Notes: generated from the letters alone by a model not told the origin. A DNA stretch of 64,000 bases from Clostridia bacterium (GCA_017623605.1 JAGAOR010000008.1:46661-110660); one strand, 5' to 3'; positions 53,944 through 63,410 are shown, counted from the first letter of the stretch. Translations and numbers: made by a program.

Positions 53944-54915
53944 ATGCTTTTTCGGAACAGTATCCGATTGTTAATGGAAAATTTCAAAAACGTTTATAAA
54001 ATTTTACTGTATAAATTGATCGTAGGGATCGTCGCGGGCGCGCTTTGTGTGGCAATGATAATGCCGCAACTTTTGGAGCTTTTGAATAGTGCACCTATGC
54101 AGGACCTGCTCACGGGCGTTCGATCGTTTTTCACGGCGCTGCTCGCGGCAAACGCCGAACAGCTTGGGATCGTTAAGGATTCGCTTTTCGGGGAGATGGG
54201 CGCGTTGCATCGCCTTGCTGATCTGCTTTTATCGCGAACGACGAGTATCGTTTTAGCAACGGTGGGGTGCGTGGTGGTGTATCTTATCAAACGCTTTGCC
54301 GACACGCTTTGTTATTTTGCGGTCGGGGGCGTACTTAACGATAGAATGTCTACGTATGCGGAAACGCCGCTTGCTGCGGCGTATATCAAAAATGTTGGTA
54401 AGGCGTGTCGTTACGCGCTCGTGTACGTATCCGTTGCGTTTGCGATTGATGTCGTTACGCTTGCGGCGTGCTATCTTGCAATTCGCTTTATAAGCATTTT
54501 AACGGCTTTATTTTTATCCGTTACGCTGATCGTTGTCGCGCAAGCCTTGAAATTTACGTTCACGGGGCGTTGGATGCCCGCAATGATTGCGGATGGGTTG
54601 CGTCTTCGCGCTTCTCTTCGGTATACGGATAGAACGGAACGCAAACAACGCGCAAAAATGTTTTCAACCTATCTCGTTACCGTCTACGGCGTTGTAATCG
54701 TCAACGTAATCGCGGCAATTTGCACGTTTGGTAGCGCGTTAATTATCACCGTTCCCGCTTCTTATTTCCTGTTTATTTGCGAACAGTTTACGCATTATTA
54801 CACGATCAAGGGCAAAAAATATTTCATTACGTTCGAGCGCATTGCGAGCAATCCCGACAGAGGGGACAGAGAGCATTTCTTTGAATATATCGACGAAACG
54901 AAAGCGGAAAAATAA
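53944..54915 (+). CDS. Polytopic membrane protein, unknown function
   Basis: I chose the ATG at 53944, preceded by AGGAGG at 53930-53935. Several predicted TM helices. Confidence 0.55.
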   Translation: MLFRNSIRLLMENFKNVYKILLYKLIVGIVAGALCVAMIMPQLLELLNSAPMQDLLTGVRSFFTALLAANAEQLGIVKDSLFGEMGALHRLADLLLSRTTSIVLATVGCVVVYLIKRFADTLCYFAVGGVLNDRMSTYAETPLAAAYIKNVGKACRYALVYVSVAFAIDVVTLAACYLAIRFISILTALFLSVTLIVVAQALKFTFTGRWMPAMIADGLRLRASLRYTDRTERKQRAKMFSTYLVTVYGVVIVNVIAAICTFGSALIITVPASYFLFICEQFTHYYTIKGKKYFITFERIASNPDRGDREHFFEYIDETKAEK

Positions 54916-54937
54916 GACGGTTAAAAAGGAGCAAAAA

Positions 54938-56659
54938 ATGAATTATCGTGAAAATTACGAAAAATGGCTGAACAATCCCGCGCTTTGCGAGGAGGGAAAA
55001 AAAGAACTTGCGGCAATCGCAGGCGACGAAAAAGAAATAGAATACCGTTTCGGTGGTGAAATGGAGTTCGGCACGGCGGGTATGCGCGGGGTGATCGGCT
55101 ACGGTGTAAATATGATGAATATTTATACGGTAATGCGCGCAACGCAAGGTCTGTGCGAATGGATAAAAACGCTTGGAAAAGTCGAAATGAACCGAGGTGT
55201 GGTGATTTCCTACGATACTCGCAGAAAATCGGCAGAGTTTGCAAAAGCGGCGGCTTCAGTGCTCGCCAAAAACGGAATTAAGGCGTATTTGTTCGATGAC
55301 GTTCGCCCCGTGCCTATGCTTTCCTATGCGGTGCGGTATCTTAAAACGGTGGCAGGCGTTATGATTACCGCGAGCCATAATCCAAAGGAATATAACGGTT
55401 ATAAGGTATACGGCGAGGACGGCGCGCAGATGTCCCCTGAGGATACGGCGAAAGTCGTTTCGTATATCGAAAAAATCACGGATTACTTATCCGTGCAAGG
55501 GGAGGAAAACAGTCCGTTGATCTCGTCCGTGCCCCAAAGTCTTGACGACGATTATATCGAGGAGCTCGCGTCGCTCACCCTTTCTAAAGAAGCGGTGAAA
55601 AGCTGTGGCGCAAATTTAAAGCTCGTCTATACGCCCGTGCACGGAAGCGGGTATATTCCCGTTACGCGTATTTTGAAAAAGCTTGGTATCAACGCAACGA
55701 TCGTAGAGGAGCAAACGACGAAAGATGCGGAATTCTCCACGGTAAAAGTGCCCAATCCGGAATTTAAGGAAACACTTGCTATGGGGATTGCGCTTGCAAA
55801 TCAGATCAACGCGGACGTGGTGTTCGGTACGGATCCCGATTCCGATCGTTTGGGTGTTGCGCTCAAAAACGAAGCGGGGGAATTCGTCGCACTTTCGGGA
55901 AATCAGGTGGGAATTTTATTGTTGGATTATATCCTCACCCGCCTTTCCGAAGATAAAAAAATGCCCAAGAACGCGGCTGTGGTGAAATCGTTCGTTACCA
56001 CGGGTATGGCGAAGGCACTTTGCGAGGACTACGGCGTAACCCTCTTTGAAGTGCCCGTAGGTTTCAAATTTATCGGCGAGAAGATCAAGCAATGGGAGCG
56101 TAGCGGAGAATATACGTATATCTTCGGTTTTGAGGAATCGTGCGGATATTTGCGTGGTACGCACGCAAGAGATAAGGACGCGGTCGTGGCTTCTATGCTG
56201 TGCGCGGAAATGGTTTGTTATTATACGTATATCGGTAAAACGGTATACGGCAGATTGCAGGAAATTTATCAAAAATACGGTTTCGTGCTTGATAAAAACG
56301 TGTCTATACAATATTCCGGCTTGAACGCTATGAAAGAAATGAACGCAGTTGTAGACGGCTTAAAGAGCTTACAACCGACTGATTTTGCAGGCGAAAGGGT
56401 GGAAGCCGTCCGCGATTACAGCACGGCAAAACGCTTCGTTTACGCGAGCGAAACAACGGAAGAAATGGATATTCCCAAATGCAACTGCGTATATTACGAG
56501 CTCGCAGGCGGTTCATTCGTTTGCGTTCGCCCGTCGGGGACTGAACCCAAACTTAAAATTTATTATTCTATTAAAGAAAAAGACGAGGCTACGGCAAACG
56601 AAAAGCTTTCACAAATGCAAATTTCGGTAAAAACGTTGCTTGACAGCGTGAAAAAATAA
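54938..56659 (+). CDS. Phosphoglucomutase/phosphomannomutase-family phosphohexomutase
   Basis: I chose the ATG at 54938 (AAGGAG upstream). Active-site loop ITASHNPKEYNGYK, metal loop GTDPDSDR and sugar loop GFEESCG. Confidence 0.9.
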   Translation: MNYRENYEKWLNNPALCEEGKKELAAIAGDEKEIEYRFGGEMEFGTAGMRGVIGYGVNMMNIYTVMRATQGLCEWIKTLGKVEMNRGVVISYDTRRKSAEFAKAAASVLAKNGIKAYLFDDVRPVPMLSYAVRYLKTVAGVMITASHNPKEYNGYKVYGEDGAQMSPEDTAKVVSYIEKITDYLSVQGEENSPLISSVPQSLDDDYIEELASLTLSKEAVKSCGANLKLVYTPVHGSGYIPVTRILKKLGINATIVEEQTTKDAEFSTVKVPNPEFKETLAMGIALANQINADVVFGTDPDSDRLGVALKNEAGEFVALSGNQVGILLLDYILTRLSEDKKMPKNAAVVKSFVTTGMAKALCEDYGVTLFEVPVGFKFIGEKIKQWERSGEYTYIFGFEESCGYLRGTHARDKDAVVASMLCAEMVCYYTYIGKTVYGRLQEIYQKYGFVLDKNVSIQYSGLNAMKEMNAVVDGLKSLQPTDFAGERVEAVRDYSTAKRFVYASETTEEMDIPKCNCVYYELAGGSFVCVRPSGTEPKLKIYYSIKEKDEATANEKLSQMQISVKTLLDSVKK

Positions 56660-56675
56660 AGGATGGTAAAAACTT

Positions 56676-57308
56676 ATGAAAATTTTATTTTTCGGCGATT
56701 CGATCACTGACGCGAGCAGAAACAAGGAAGCCGATTTCAACCTTAACAGCTACGGCTACGGCTACGTTCGTTCGGTTGCGGGAACGCTTTTGGGTGAAGC
56801 CCCCGATCAGTATCAGATTATCAATCGCGGAATTAGTGGAAATCGTGTGGTGGATTTATATTCGCGCATCAAAATAGACTGTTGGAATTTAGCGCCCGAC
56901 GTGTTAAATATTTTGATCGGCGTGAACGACGTATGGCACGAAGTAGCCAAAAATAACGGCGTGGATCTTGGACGTTTTGAAAACGTATATCGAATGATTT
57001 TAGAAGAAACGAAAGAAAGATTGCCGAACGTAAAAATTATTCTTTGCGAGCCGTTCGTTCTCAAAGGCAGCGCGACGGAAGAAAGATACGACGAATTTTT
57101 ACAAGTAAAAGAATACGCAAAGGTCGTAAAAAAGCTTGCGGATGAATACGGTTGTTACTTCTTGCCCTTACAAGAAAAAGTCGATGCGTTTGCGGGAAAA
57201 TACGGCGTAGAAGTTTGCCTTGTTGACGGCGTACACCCTGCAATCGGCGGTGCGCAACTGATTGCAAACGAGTGGTTGAAGCTTTTCAAAGAGAGGATAA
57301 AGGCGTGA
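56676..57308 (+). CDS. SGNH/GDSL hydrolase (tandem paralog 1)
   Basis: 210 aa. Block I FFGDSITD, block II NRGISGN, block III GVND, block V DGVHP. Confidence 0.8.
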   Translation: MKILFFGDSITDASRNKEADFNLNSYGYGYVRSVAGTLLGEAPDQYQIINRGISGNRVVDLYSRIKIDCWNLAPDVLNILIGVNDVWHEVAKNNGVDLGRFENVYRMILEETKERLPNVKIILCEPFVLKGSATEERYDEFLQVKEYAKVVKKLADEYGCYFLPLQEKVDAFAGKYGVEVCLVDGVHPAIGGAQLIANEWLKLFKERIKA

Positions 57309-57937
57309 GGATTTTATTTTTTGGTGATTCGATCACCGACGCGGGTAGAAACAGAGAAGAGGATTTTAATTTAAGAAGCTACGGCTTGGGTTACGTTCGC
57401 TCGGTTGCAGGCACGCTTATGTGTGAAGATCCCGATAAATATGAGATTATCAATCGCGGTGTCGGCGGTAACAGGATCGTCGATTTATATTCGCGTATCA
57501 AAATTGACTGCTGGAATTTAGAGCCCGACGTGTTAAATATTTTGATCGGCGTGAACGACGTATGGCACGAGGTGGGTAAAAATAACGGCGTAGAATTGCC
57601 TCGCTATGAAAAAATATATCGAATGATTTTAGAAGAAACGAAAGAAAGATTGCCGAACGTAAAAATCATTCTTTGCGAGCCGTATATTCTCAAAGGTAGA
57701 ACGACGGAAGAAAAATACGACGAGTTTTTAGCCGTGAAAGAATATGCGAAAGTCGTGAAAAGGCTTGCCGGCGAATACGGTTGTTATTTTTTACCTTTAC
57801 AAGATAAAATCGACGCCTATACGGAAAAATACGGCGTAGGGGTTTGTTTTCCAGGTGGCGTGCACCCCGCAATCGCTGGCGCGCAAGTGATCGCAGACGA
57901 GTGGTTGAAGCTTTTCAAGGAACAAATTGATAAATGA
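57305..57937 (+). CDS. SGNH/GDSL hydrolase (tandem paralog 2)
   Basis: The GTG at 57305 overlaps the paralog 1 stop codon (GTGA) and aligns residue-for-residue with paralog 1 (VRILFFGDSITD...). The longer ORF from 57272 would add 11 non-homologous residues. Confidence 0.75.
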   Translation: MRILFFGDSITDAGRNREEDFNLRSYGLGYVRSVAGTLMCEDPDKYEIINRGVGGNRIVDLYSRIKIDCWNLEPDVLNILIGVNDVWHEVGKNNGVELPRYEKIYRMILEETKERLPNVKIILCEPYILKGRTTEEKYDEFLAVKEYAKVVKRLAGEYGCYFLPLQDKIDAYTEKYGVGVCFPGGVHPAIAGAQVIADEWLKLFKEQIDK

Positions 57938-57943
57938 GAAAAA

Positions 57944-57970
57944 ACTCACGCAAATTTTTTTTGCGTGAGT
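57944..57970. terminator. Bidirectional intrinsic terminator between SGNH paralog 2 and the AraC-family gene
   Basis: ACTCACGCAA (57944-57953) pairs with TTGCGTGAGT (57961-57970), flanked by an A-run and a T-run. Confidence 0.75.
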
Positions 57971-57973
57971 TTT

Positions 57974-58858
57974 TCATTTTATGCTCGTTTTATATTCTCG
58001 CGGCGTCATACCCGTATAGCGTTTAAAGACGAGACTGAAATGAGAAACGGAATCAAAATAAAGCTTATTCGATATATCCGCAAAGGAATTTCCTCGTCGA
58101 ATAAGCTTTTTTGCTTCGTCAACCTTTAATTTTAAATAGGTTTGATAAATACTCATACCCGTTTTTTGTTTAAAAAAAGAGCAAAGGCGGGTTTTTCCGT
58201 AATGAAGCTTTGCGCATAAATCATCCAAGGAGAAATCGTCGTATAAGCGCGAAGATAGAAAGTAAACGATTTCGTCTTGTAAGTCGTTAGAGGACGTGAT
58301 TTGCGATACGAAAAATTCCTGCGGATAGCTTTGATTGTTTGCCTGTCGAAGCATATAAATAAGCAATAGTTCTAATTGGTTTTTTAAAACCTGTTCACCG
58401 CCAAGGTTGGGTTTTTCTTTCAGTTCCAGCTTATTCAAGTCGGGATCGAAATCGGGAATCTTGAACGTTTCCGTTGCTTCCGACATCACGTTTTGCAATA
58501 GATAACGGTATTTATCAGGCACACGATATTGCTTATCGTGAAAAAACGACATACTTTCAGAGCGACATTCGAAAGAAATAATAAAGATATTTGCTTCTTC
58601 GCCTTGACATTCTACGTGGTGGTTTTGATTGGGTTTAATAAATGCCATTTCACCTTGTTTCAGCAGTTTTTTTTCACTGTCCTTGACGATATAAAAATCT
58701 TTTTTATCGGCATAAATCAATTCCCAGAAATCGTGTTTTTCGTCTTTGGAAATATAATTTTTTTCAGGTTCTTGATAATGGATTGTAACAATTTTCTGAA
58801 CGTTCAAAAAATTGGAAATCTTGTGCCTATAAAATTTTTTATTCGTCGTGTTCGCCAT
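57974..58858 (-). CDS. AraC-family transcriptional regulator (cupin sensor plus HTH)
   Basis: 294 aa. N-terminal cupin-like region and C-terminal double HTH (...SVSHFSLVFKRYTGMTPREYK). Confidence 0.85.
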   Translation of the reverse strand: MANTTNKKFYRHKISNFLNVQKIVTIHYQEPEKNYISKDEKHDFWELIYADKKDFYIVKDSEKKLLKQGEMAFIKPNQNHHVECQGEEANIFIISFECRSESMSFFHDKQYRVPDKYRYLLQNVMSEATETFKIPDFDPDLNKLELKEKPNLGGEQVLKNQLELLLIYMLRQANNQSYPQEFFVSQITSSNDLQDEIVYFLSSRLYDDFSLDDLCAKLHYGKTRLCSFFKQKTGMSIYQTYLKLKVDEAKKLIRRGNSFADISNKLYFDSVSHFSLVFKRYTGMTPREYKTSIK

Positions 58859-58867
58859 AATAAAATC

Positions 58868-58896
58868 AGTATATCATTTTTTTATGGATTTGTAAA
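58868..58896 (-). promoter_or_regulatory. Sigma-A-type promoter (extended -10) for the AraC-family gene
   Basis: The minus strand reads TTTACA (58896-58891), 17-nt spacer, TGaTATACT (-10 hexamer at 58873-58868). Only 9 nt separate the -10 hexamer from the ATG at 58858. Confidence 0.5.
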
Positions 58897-58948
58897 ATAT
58901 TTCACCTATAAAAATGTGAAATATTTTATAAAAAACGAGAAATATTTT
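58893..58948. promoter_or_regulatory. Three-copy operator-like motif GAAATATTTT (one inverted copy, two direct copies)
   Basis: A 13-bp inverted repeat, TAAAATATTTCAC (58893-58905) and GTGAAATATTTTA (58916-58928). A third direct copy, GAAATATTTT (58939-58948), lies 21 nt after the second. Confidence 0.5.
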
Positions 58949-58951
58949 CTA

Positions 58952-58979
58952 TTGCAATTTTCAAAAATGGTAGTATAAT
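58952..58979 (+). promoter_or_regulatory. Sigma-A-type promoter for the ROK kinase-nagA unit
   Basis: TTGCAA (58952-58957), 16-nt spacer, TATAAT (58974-58979). Confidence 0.5.
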
Positions 58980-59014
58980 GTATTTAATAACAATCCGAGA
59001 GAGGAGATTTAATT

Positions 59015-60397
59015 ATGAAACAACCCGTATTGGACAAAAATTTTTATCCGATGATTAAGGCTTTAAACGATTTCGACAAAATCGTTCGAGAAAGCGGAAA
59101 GGCAGTAAAAGTAACGCTTGTTGCCGAGCGTAGCGGTGGATATAATTACGTGTATCAATACGACGCGCTTCAAGACGGCGTAAACGATTCGTTGAATTTC
59201 CGTGTAGCGGAGAGGCTCGCAAAAACGATTCTTTGGGTAGTGGGCGGCTTCAAAATCTCCGTTGCGGGTAGCAAATCCGTTTACGAATATTTAAAGAAAG
59301 CGTACACAAAGGACGGGCTTCGCGCGTTCGACGTAGATTTTATGAGCGGCGTATACGAAAAACCGTTCGTAGTGGAATGGCTTGAAGAAAACGAAATTCC
59401 AAAGCAAAAGAACTGTTCCGTGCGCGTTGGAGGCTATTTGAAAGGCTGCCGCATCGGTTTTGACGCGGGCGGTTCGGATAGAAAGGTAAGCGCGGTGATC
59501 GACGGAGAAGTCGTTTATAGCGAAGAGGTTGTTTGGAATCCGAAGATTACGGAAGATCCCACGTATCATTATAACGAAATCTTAACGGCAATGAAAACGG
59601 CGGCTTCAAAAATGCCGACGGTGGACGCGATCGGCGTATCGTCAGCGGGCGTTTACGTGGATAATAAAATTATGGTCGCTTCCTTGTTTATCAAGGTTGA
59701 TAAGGAAAAACACGGCGATTACGTGAAAAATATGTATATCAACGTAGCCAAAGAAATGAGCAAGGAATATGGTAAAGAAATTCCGCTCGAAGTGGCGAAC
59801 GACGGCGACGTAACCGCGCTTGCGGGTGCGATTGATTTGGAAGATAACGGCGTTTTGGGTATCGCTATGGGTACGAGCGAGGCGGTTGGATATATCAACA
59901 CAAGCGGTGGCATTAACGGTTGGCTTTCCGAGCTTGCGTTTGCGCCCGTAGATTTCAACGAAAACGCAATGCAAGACGAATGGAGTGGCGATTTTGGCGT
60001 AGGCTGTAAATACTTCTCGCAAGATGCAGTCATTAAGCTTGCGGAATACGGCGGATACAAATTCGACGACGGCTTAACACCCGCGCAAAAATTGAAAGTC
60101 GTGCAAGGGCTTATGGAGAAAGACGACGCGCTTGCAAAACAAATATACGAAGACATTGGCGTATATCTTGCGCACACGATTCCGTTCTATGCGAAATTCT
60201 ACGATATTAAGCATATGCTTTTGCTTGGCAGAGTTATGGGCGGCAAAGGCGGCGATATAATTCTTTCTACCTGTAAAAAAGTACTTGTAGAAGAATATCC
60301 CGAATTTAAAGCGCTCGATATAGGACTTCCCGACGAAAAGAACCGCCGTGTAGGTCAAAGCATTGCAGCGGCTTCCTTGCCGGCAAACGTAGATTAA
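59015..60397 (+). CDS. ROK/ASKHA-type sugar kinase family protein with an N-terminal extension (putative GlcNAc kinase)
   Basis: 460 aa. Phosphate-1 motif IGFDAGGSD, plus VANDGDVTALAGA and GIAMGTSEAVGYI ROK-like motifs. I saw no Cys zinc motif. It lies directly upstream of nagA. Confidence 0.55.
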   Translation: MKQPVLDKNFYPMIKALNDFDKIVRESGKAVKVTLVAERSGGYNYVYQYDALQDGVNDSLNFRVAERLAKTILWVVGGFKISVAGSKSVYEYLKKAYTKDGLRAFDVDFMSGVYEKPFVVEWLEENEIPKQKNCSVRVGGYLKGCRIGFDAGGSDRKVSAVIDGEVVYSEEVVWNPKITEDPTYHYNEILTAMKTAASKMPTVDAIGVSSAGVYVDNKIMVASLFIKVDKEKHGDYVKNMYINVAKEMSKEYGKEIPLEVANDGDVTALAGAIDLEDNGVLGIAMGTSEAVGYINTSGGINGWLSELAFAPVDFNENAMQDEWSGDFGVGCKYFSQDAVIKLAEYGGYKFDDGLTPAQKLKVVQGLMEKDDALAKQIYEDIGVYLAHTIPFYAKFYDIKHMLLLGRVMGGKGGDIILSTCKKVLVEEYPEFKALDIGLPDEKNRRVGQSIAAASLPANVD

Positions 60398-60414
60398 AAG
60401 CGAGGGGGCTATCA

Positions 60415-61560
60415 ATGAAAGCTTTTCAAAACGTAACGGTGTATATGGAGGGAAAGGGGTTAAAAAAAACTTCCGTCAGTTTTGGGGAAAACATTGAAAA
60501 AATCGGGAAAGTAAGCAAATGCGCGGAAATTCTTCCCTTGCCTCAAAACGCGATCGTATTACCCGGATTTATTGATCAACATATCCACGGTGCGGGCGGT
60601 TCAGACGGTATGGACGGCACGGTGGCGGATATTGCAAAAATTGCGAATACGGTAGCCGAAGAGGGTACGACGTCCTTTCTCGTAACGACTATGACGCAAA
60701 GCCCTGAAAATATCAACAAGGCAATGACGGCGGTAAAGGAATATCGCAAAGCAAACGGGAAAGAGGGCGCGCGTGTCGTCGGCGTTCATTTAGAAGGTCC
60801 GTTTATTGCGGCGGCTCATAAAGGCGCACAGCCCCTCGAATACGTAAAAGAGCCTGATATTGCGGCGTTCGACGCGTATAACGAGGCGAGCGGCGGGGCG
60901 ATCAAACTCGTTACGCTTGCCCCCGAAGTGGATGGTGCAGAGGCGTTTATCCGTCATTTATCCGAACGGGGAATCGTAGCTTCCATCGGGCATACGGGCG
61001 CGAAATGTGCAGACGTAGAAAAGGCGATTCAAGCGGGGGCAAAAAACGTAACGCATACATATAACGCACAAACGGCTTTACATCATAGAGAGATTGGAAC
61101 GGTGGGGAGCGCAATGCTTTTCGACGAGTTGAATTGCGAATTGATCGCCGATACAATTCACGTATCCATTCCCGCAATGCGTTTACTCGTAAAAAACAAA
61201 CCGCTTGATAAACTGACGCTTATCACCGACGCGATGCGCGCCAAAGGACTTCCCGATGGGGAGAGCGAGCTTGGTGGACAAAAGGTGTACGTCAAAGGCG
61301 GTGAAGCCCGCCTTGCAGACGGCACGCTTGCAGGTAGCGTTTTGAAGATGAACAGAGCCGTTCAAAATATGGTGGAAAAGGTTGGTGTACCGTTTACGCA
61401 AGCGGTTGATTGCGCAACGATCAATCCCGCAAAAAACTTGGGTATTGATCAAGAAACGGGTAGTATCAAAGTCGGCAAACGCGCAGACTTTACGGTGATT
61501 AATGATAAATATGACGTTTTGATGACCGTTCGCGACGGCGTAGTCGTTTATAAAGCATAA
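60415..61560 (+). CDS. nagA: N-acetylglucosamine-6-phosphate deacetylase
   Basis: 381 aa amidohydrolase. Motifs GFIDQHIHG, VHLEGPF, GHT and HTYN. Confidence 0.9.
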   Translation: MKAFQNVTVYMEGKGLKKTSVSFGENIEKIGKVSKCAEILPLPQNAIVLPGFIDQHIHGAGGSDGMDGTVADIAKIANTVAEEGTTSFLVTTMTQSPENINKAMTAVKEYRKANGKEGARVVGVHLEGPFIAAAHKGAQPLEYVKEPDIAAFDAYNEASGGAIKLVTLAPEVDGAEAFIRHLSERGIVASIGHTGAKCADVEKAIQAGAKNVTHTYNAQTALHHREIGTVGSAMLFDELNCELIADTIHVSIPAMRLLVKNKPLDKLTLITDAMRAKGLPDGESELGGQKVYVKGGEARLADGTLAGSVLKMNRAVQNMVEKVGVPFTQAVDCATINPAKNLGIDQETGSIKVGKRADFTVINDKYDVLMTVRDGVVVYKA

Positions 61561-61591
61561 ATTCGCTCATAGATTATTTCCTCTTATTTAA

Positions 61592-61626
61592 GAGCTCGGT
61601 CGGTTTTTAACCGATCGGGCTCTTTT
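61592..61626 (+). terminator. Intrinsic terminator after nagA
   Basis: GAGCTCGGTCGG (61592-61603) pairs with CCGATCGGGCTC (61611-61622) using two G-U pairs, followed by TTTT. Confidence 0.65.
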
Positions 61627-61754
61627 CGTACATAAAGAGAGAAATGAAAACATATTTATAAACGAAACGTAACGCAAAGGAAAAAAGTTGCGGAAAGCTT
61701 GTTTAAATACTTTCAAAAAGTAAAAAAATATGTTATAATAGGAGCTGAACGGAT

Positions 61755-62618
61755 TTGATTAAAATCAGTTGCGTAAAAGAAACGCCTTTTGATTATGCAA
61801 AGCATAGCAGTATCGGTTGCGGTGGAAGCGCGATCGGCGCGTATTATCCCAAGTCGGTAGAGGAGATAGAATCGCTCGTGGGGGCGTTGCTGGGGGCGAA
61901 AAAGCCTTTTATAACGCTTGGTAATCTTACTAACGTGTTGCCCCCCGACGGTGAAAGCCAGACGTCGGTGGTATCCACAAAATTACTCACGGGGATAGAG
62001 AGAACGGATTGTGGGGTGTTTGCGTTAGCTGGGGTAACGAGCGGCGCGCTTTTAAAAGCGTGTAAGGCTTGGAATTTAAGTGGCGCAGAATTTTTGGCGG
62101 GGATACCTTGTACGCTTGGCGGCGCGCTGTATATGAATGCGGGTGTGAGCGGGGAATATATCGCGGAAATCACCGAAAGCGTTACGGTGCTACGCGGTGG
62201 CAAGCTCGTCGTTTTAGACGTCGCTGATTGTGGTTACGCTTATAAATCAAGCGTGTTTATGCGATCGAACGACGTAATCGTTGGCGCGCATCTGCGTTTG
62301 CAAAGGGAAAATCAGGAAAATATATCCGAAAAATTGCAAAAATACCACGTGAAACGTGCGCATTTGCCCAAAGGTAAAAGTATGGGGTGCGTATTCAAAA
62401 ACCCTACGGGCGCGCTCGCGGGTAAATTGATCGAAGGCGCAGGCTTAAAAGGTTTACGAGTAGGAGGCGCAGTCGTTTCCGAAATTCACGCAAACTTTAT
62501 TATCAACGATAAAAATGCGACGGCGACGCAGATTAAGACCTTGATCGGTTTGATCAAAAACGCAGTTTTTGCGCAATATAAAATACGTTTAGAAGAAGAA
62601 ATACGGTATTTGCCGTAA
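61755..62618 (+). CDS. murB: UDP-N-acetylenolpyruvoylglucosamine reductase
   Basis: 287 aa. FAD-binding N-terminus (HSSIGCGGSA), GCVFKNP and NFIIN motifs. TTG start, with no in-frame ATG upstream of the conserved N-terminus. The exact start is uncertain. Confidence 0.85.
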   Translation: MIKISCVKETPFDYAKHSSIGCGGSAIGAYYPKSVEEIESLVGALLGAKKPFITLGNLTNVLPPDGESQTSVVSTKLLTGIERTDCGVFALAGVTSGALLKACKAWNLSGAEFLAGIPCTLGGALYMNAGVSGEYIAEITESVTVLRGGKLVVLDVADCGYAYKSSVFMRSNDVIVGAHLRLQRENQENISEKLQKYHVKRAHLPKGKSMGCVFKNPTGALAGKLIEGAGLKGLRVGGAVVSEIHANFIINDKNATATQIKTLIGLIKNAVFAQYKIRLEEEIRYLP

Positions 62619-62631
62619 CAGGGAGAAAAAA

Positions 62632-63408
62632 GTGATTTTAACCGCAGATTATCATACGCATACGCCTTATTCACATGGCAAAAATACGATCAACGAAAAC
62701 GTGGCTCGCGCGAAAGAGCTCGGCTTGCAACAGATCGGAATTACCGACCACGGATTTTCGCACGTGGCGTTCGGTTTGCGTAGAAAAGAAGTATCCGCTT
62801 ACAAAGCGGAATGTGAAGAAGCGGAAAAGAAATACGGCGTTAAGGTGCTCGTTGGGATTGAAGCGAATATTCGCGGCGTGGGTGGAGGTTCGGATCTTAC
62901 CAAAGCAGACTACGAAAATTTTGATTTGTATCTTTGCGGCAATCACGTTTGTATCTTTTTCAGCACGCTTAAAGATAAATTCGTATACGGTTGGAGAAAT
63001 TTATTGCTCAATTCCGTATTTCATAAAAAGACGGAAAAACAGATTGCGTGTAACACGAAAGCGTACGTGAACGTTATTAAGAATAATCCGATCGACGCGA
63101 TCACGCATTTAAATTATCAATGCCCAGCAAACGCATTAGAGGTGGCAAAGTGCGCCGCGGATTACGGCACGTATTTGGAGCTTGACGCGAAGAAAGAGCA
63201 TTTGACGGACGACGAGCTTTGCGAGATCGTGCAAAAAACTTCCGTGCGCTTTATCGTCAATTCCGACGCACATTCAAAAGAGCGTATCGGCGACACGGCT
63301 TTGATTGCAAAGCAGCTCAGGCGCATTGATTTTCCGATGGATCGAATTGACAATATCGAGGGGCGGTTGCCTACCTTCCGTTTTGCAGAATTTAAGAAAA
63401 AGATGTAA
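62632..63408 (+). CDS. PHP-domain (histidinol-phosphatase-like) phosphoesterase
   Basis: 258 aa. N-terminal ADYHTHTPYSHG metal motif. GTG start with GGGAG 6 nt upstream. Confidence 0.7.
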   Translation: MILTADYHTHTPYSHGKNTINENVARAKELGLQQIGITDHGFSHVAFGLRRKEVSAYKAECEEAEKKYGVKVLVGIEANIRGVGGGSDLTKADYENFDLYLCGNHVCIFFSTLKDKFVYGWRNLLLNSVFHKKTEKQIACNTKAYVNVIKNNPIDAITHLNYQCPANALEVAKCAADYGTYLELDAKKEHLTDDELCEIVQKTSVRFIVNSDAHSKERIGDTALIAKQLRRIDFPMDRIDNIEGRLPTFRFAEFKKKM

Positions 63409-63410
63409 TT

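Noticed and set aside
61711-61739. TTTCAA-17-TGtTATAAT as an annotated murB promoter
   Set aside because: The hexamers are reasonable, but the predicted start site would fall downstream of the only SD-like AGGAG (61740-61744). That conflicts with the TTG start model. I left it unannotated and mentioned it in a finding instead.
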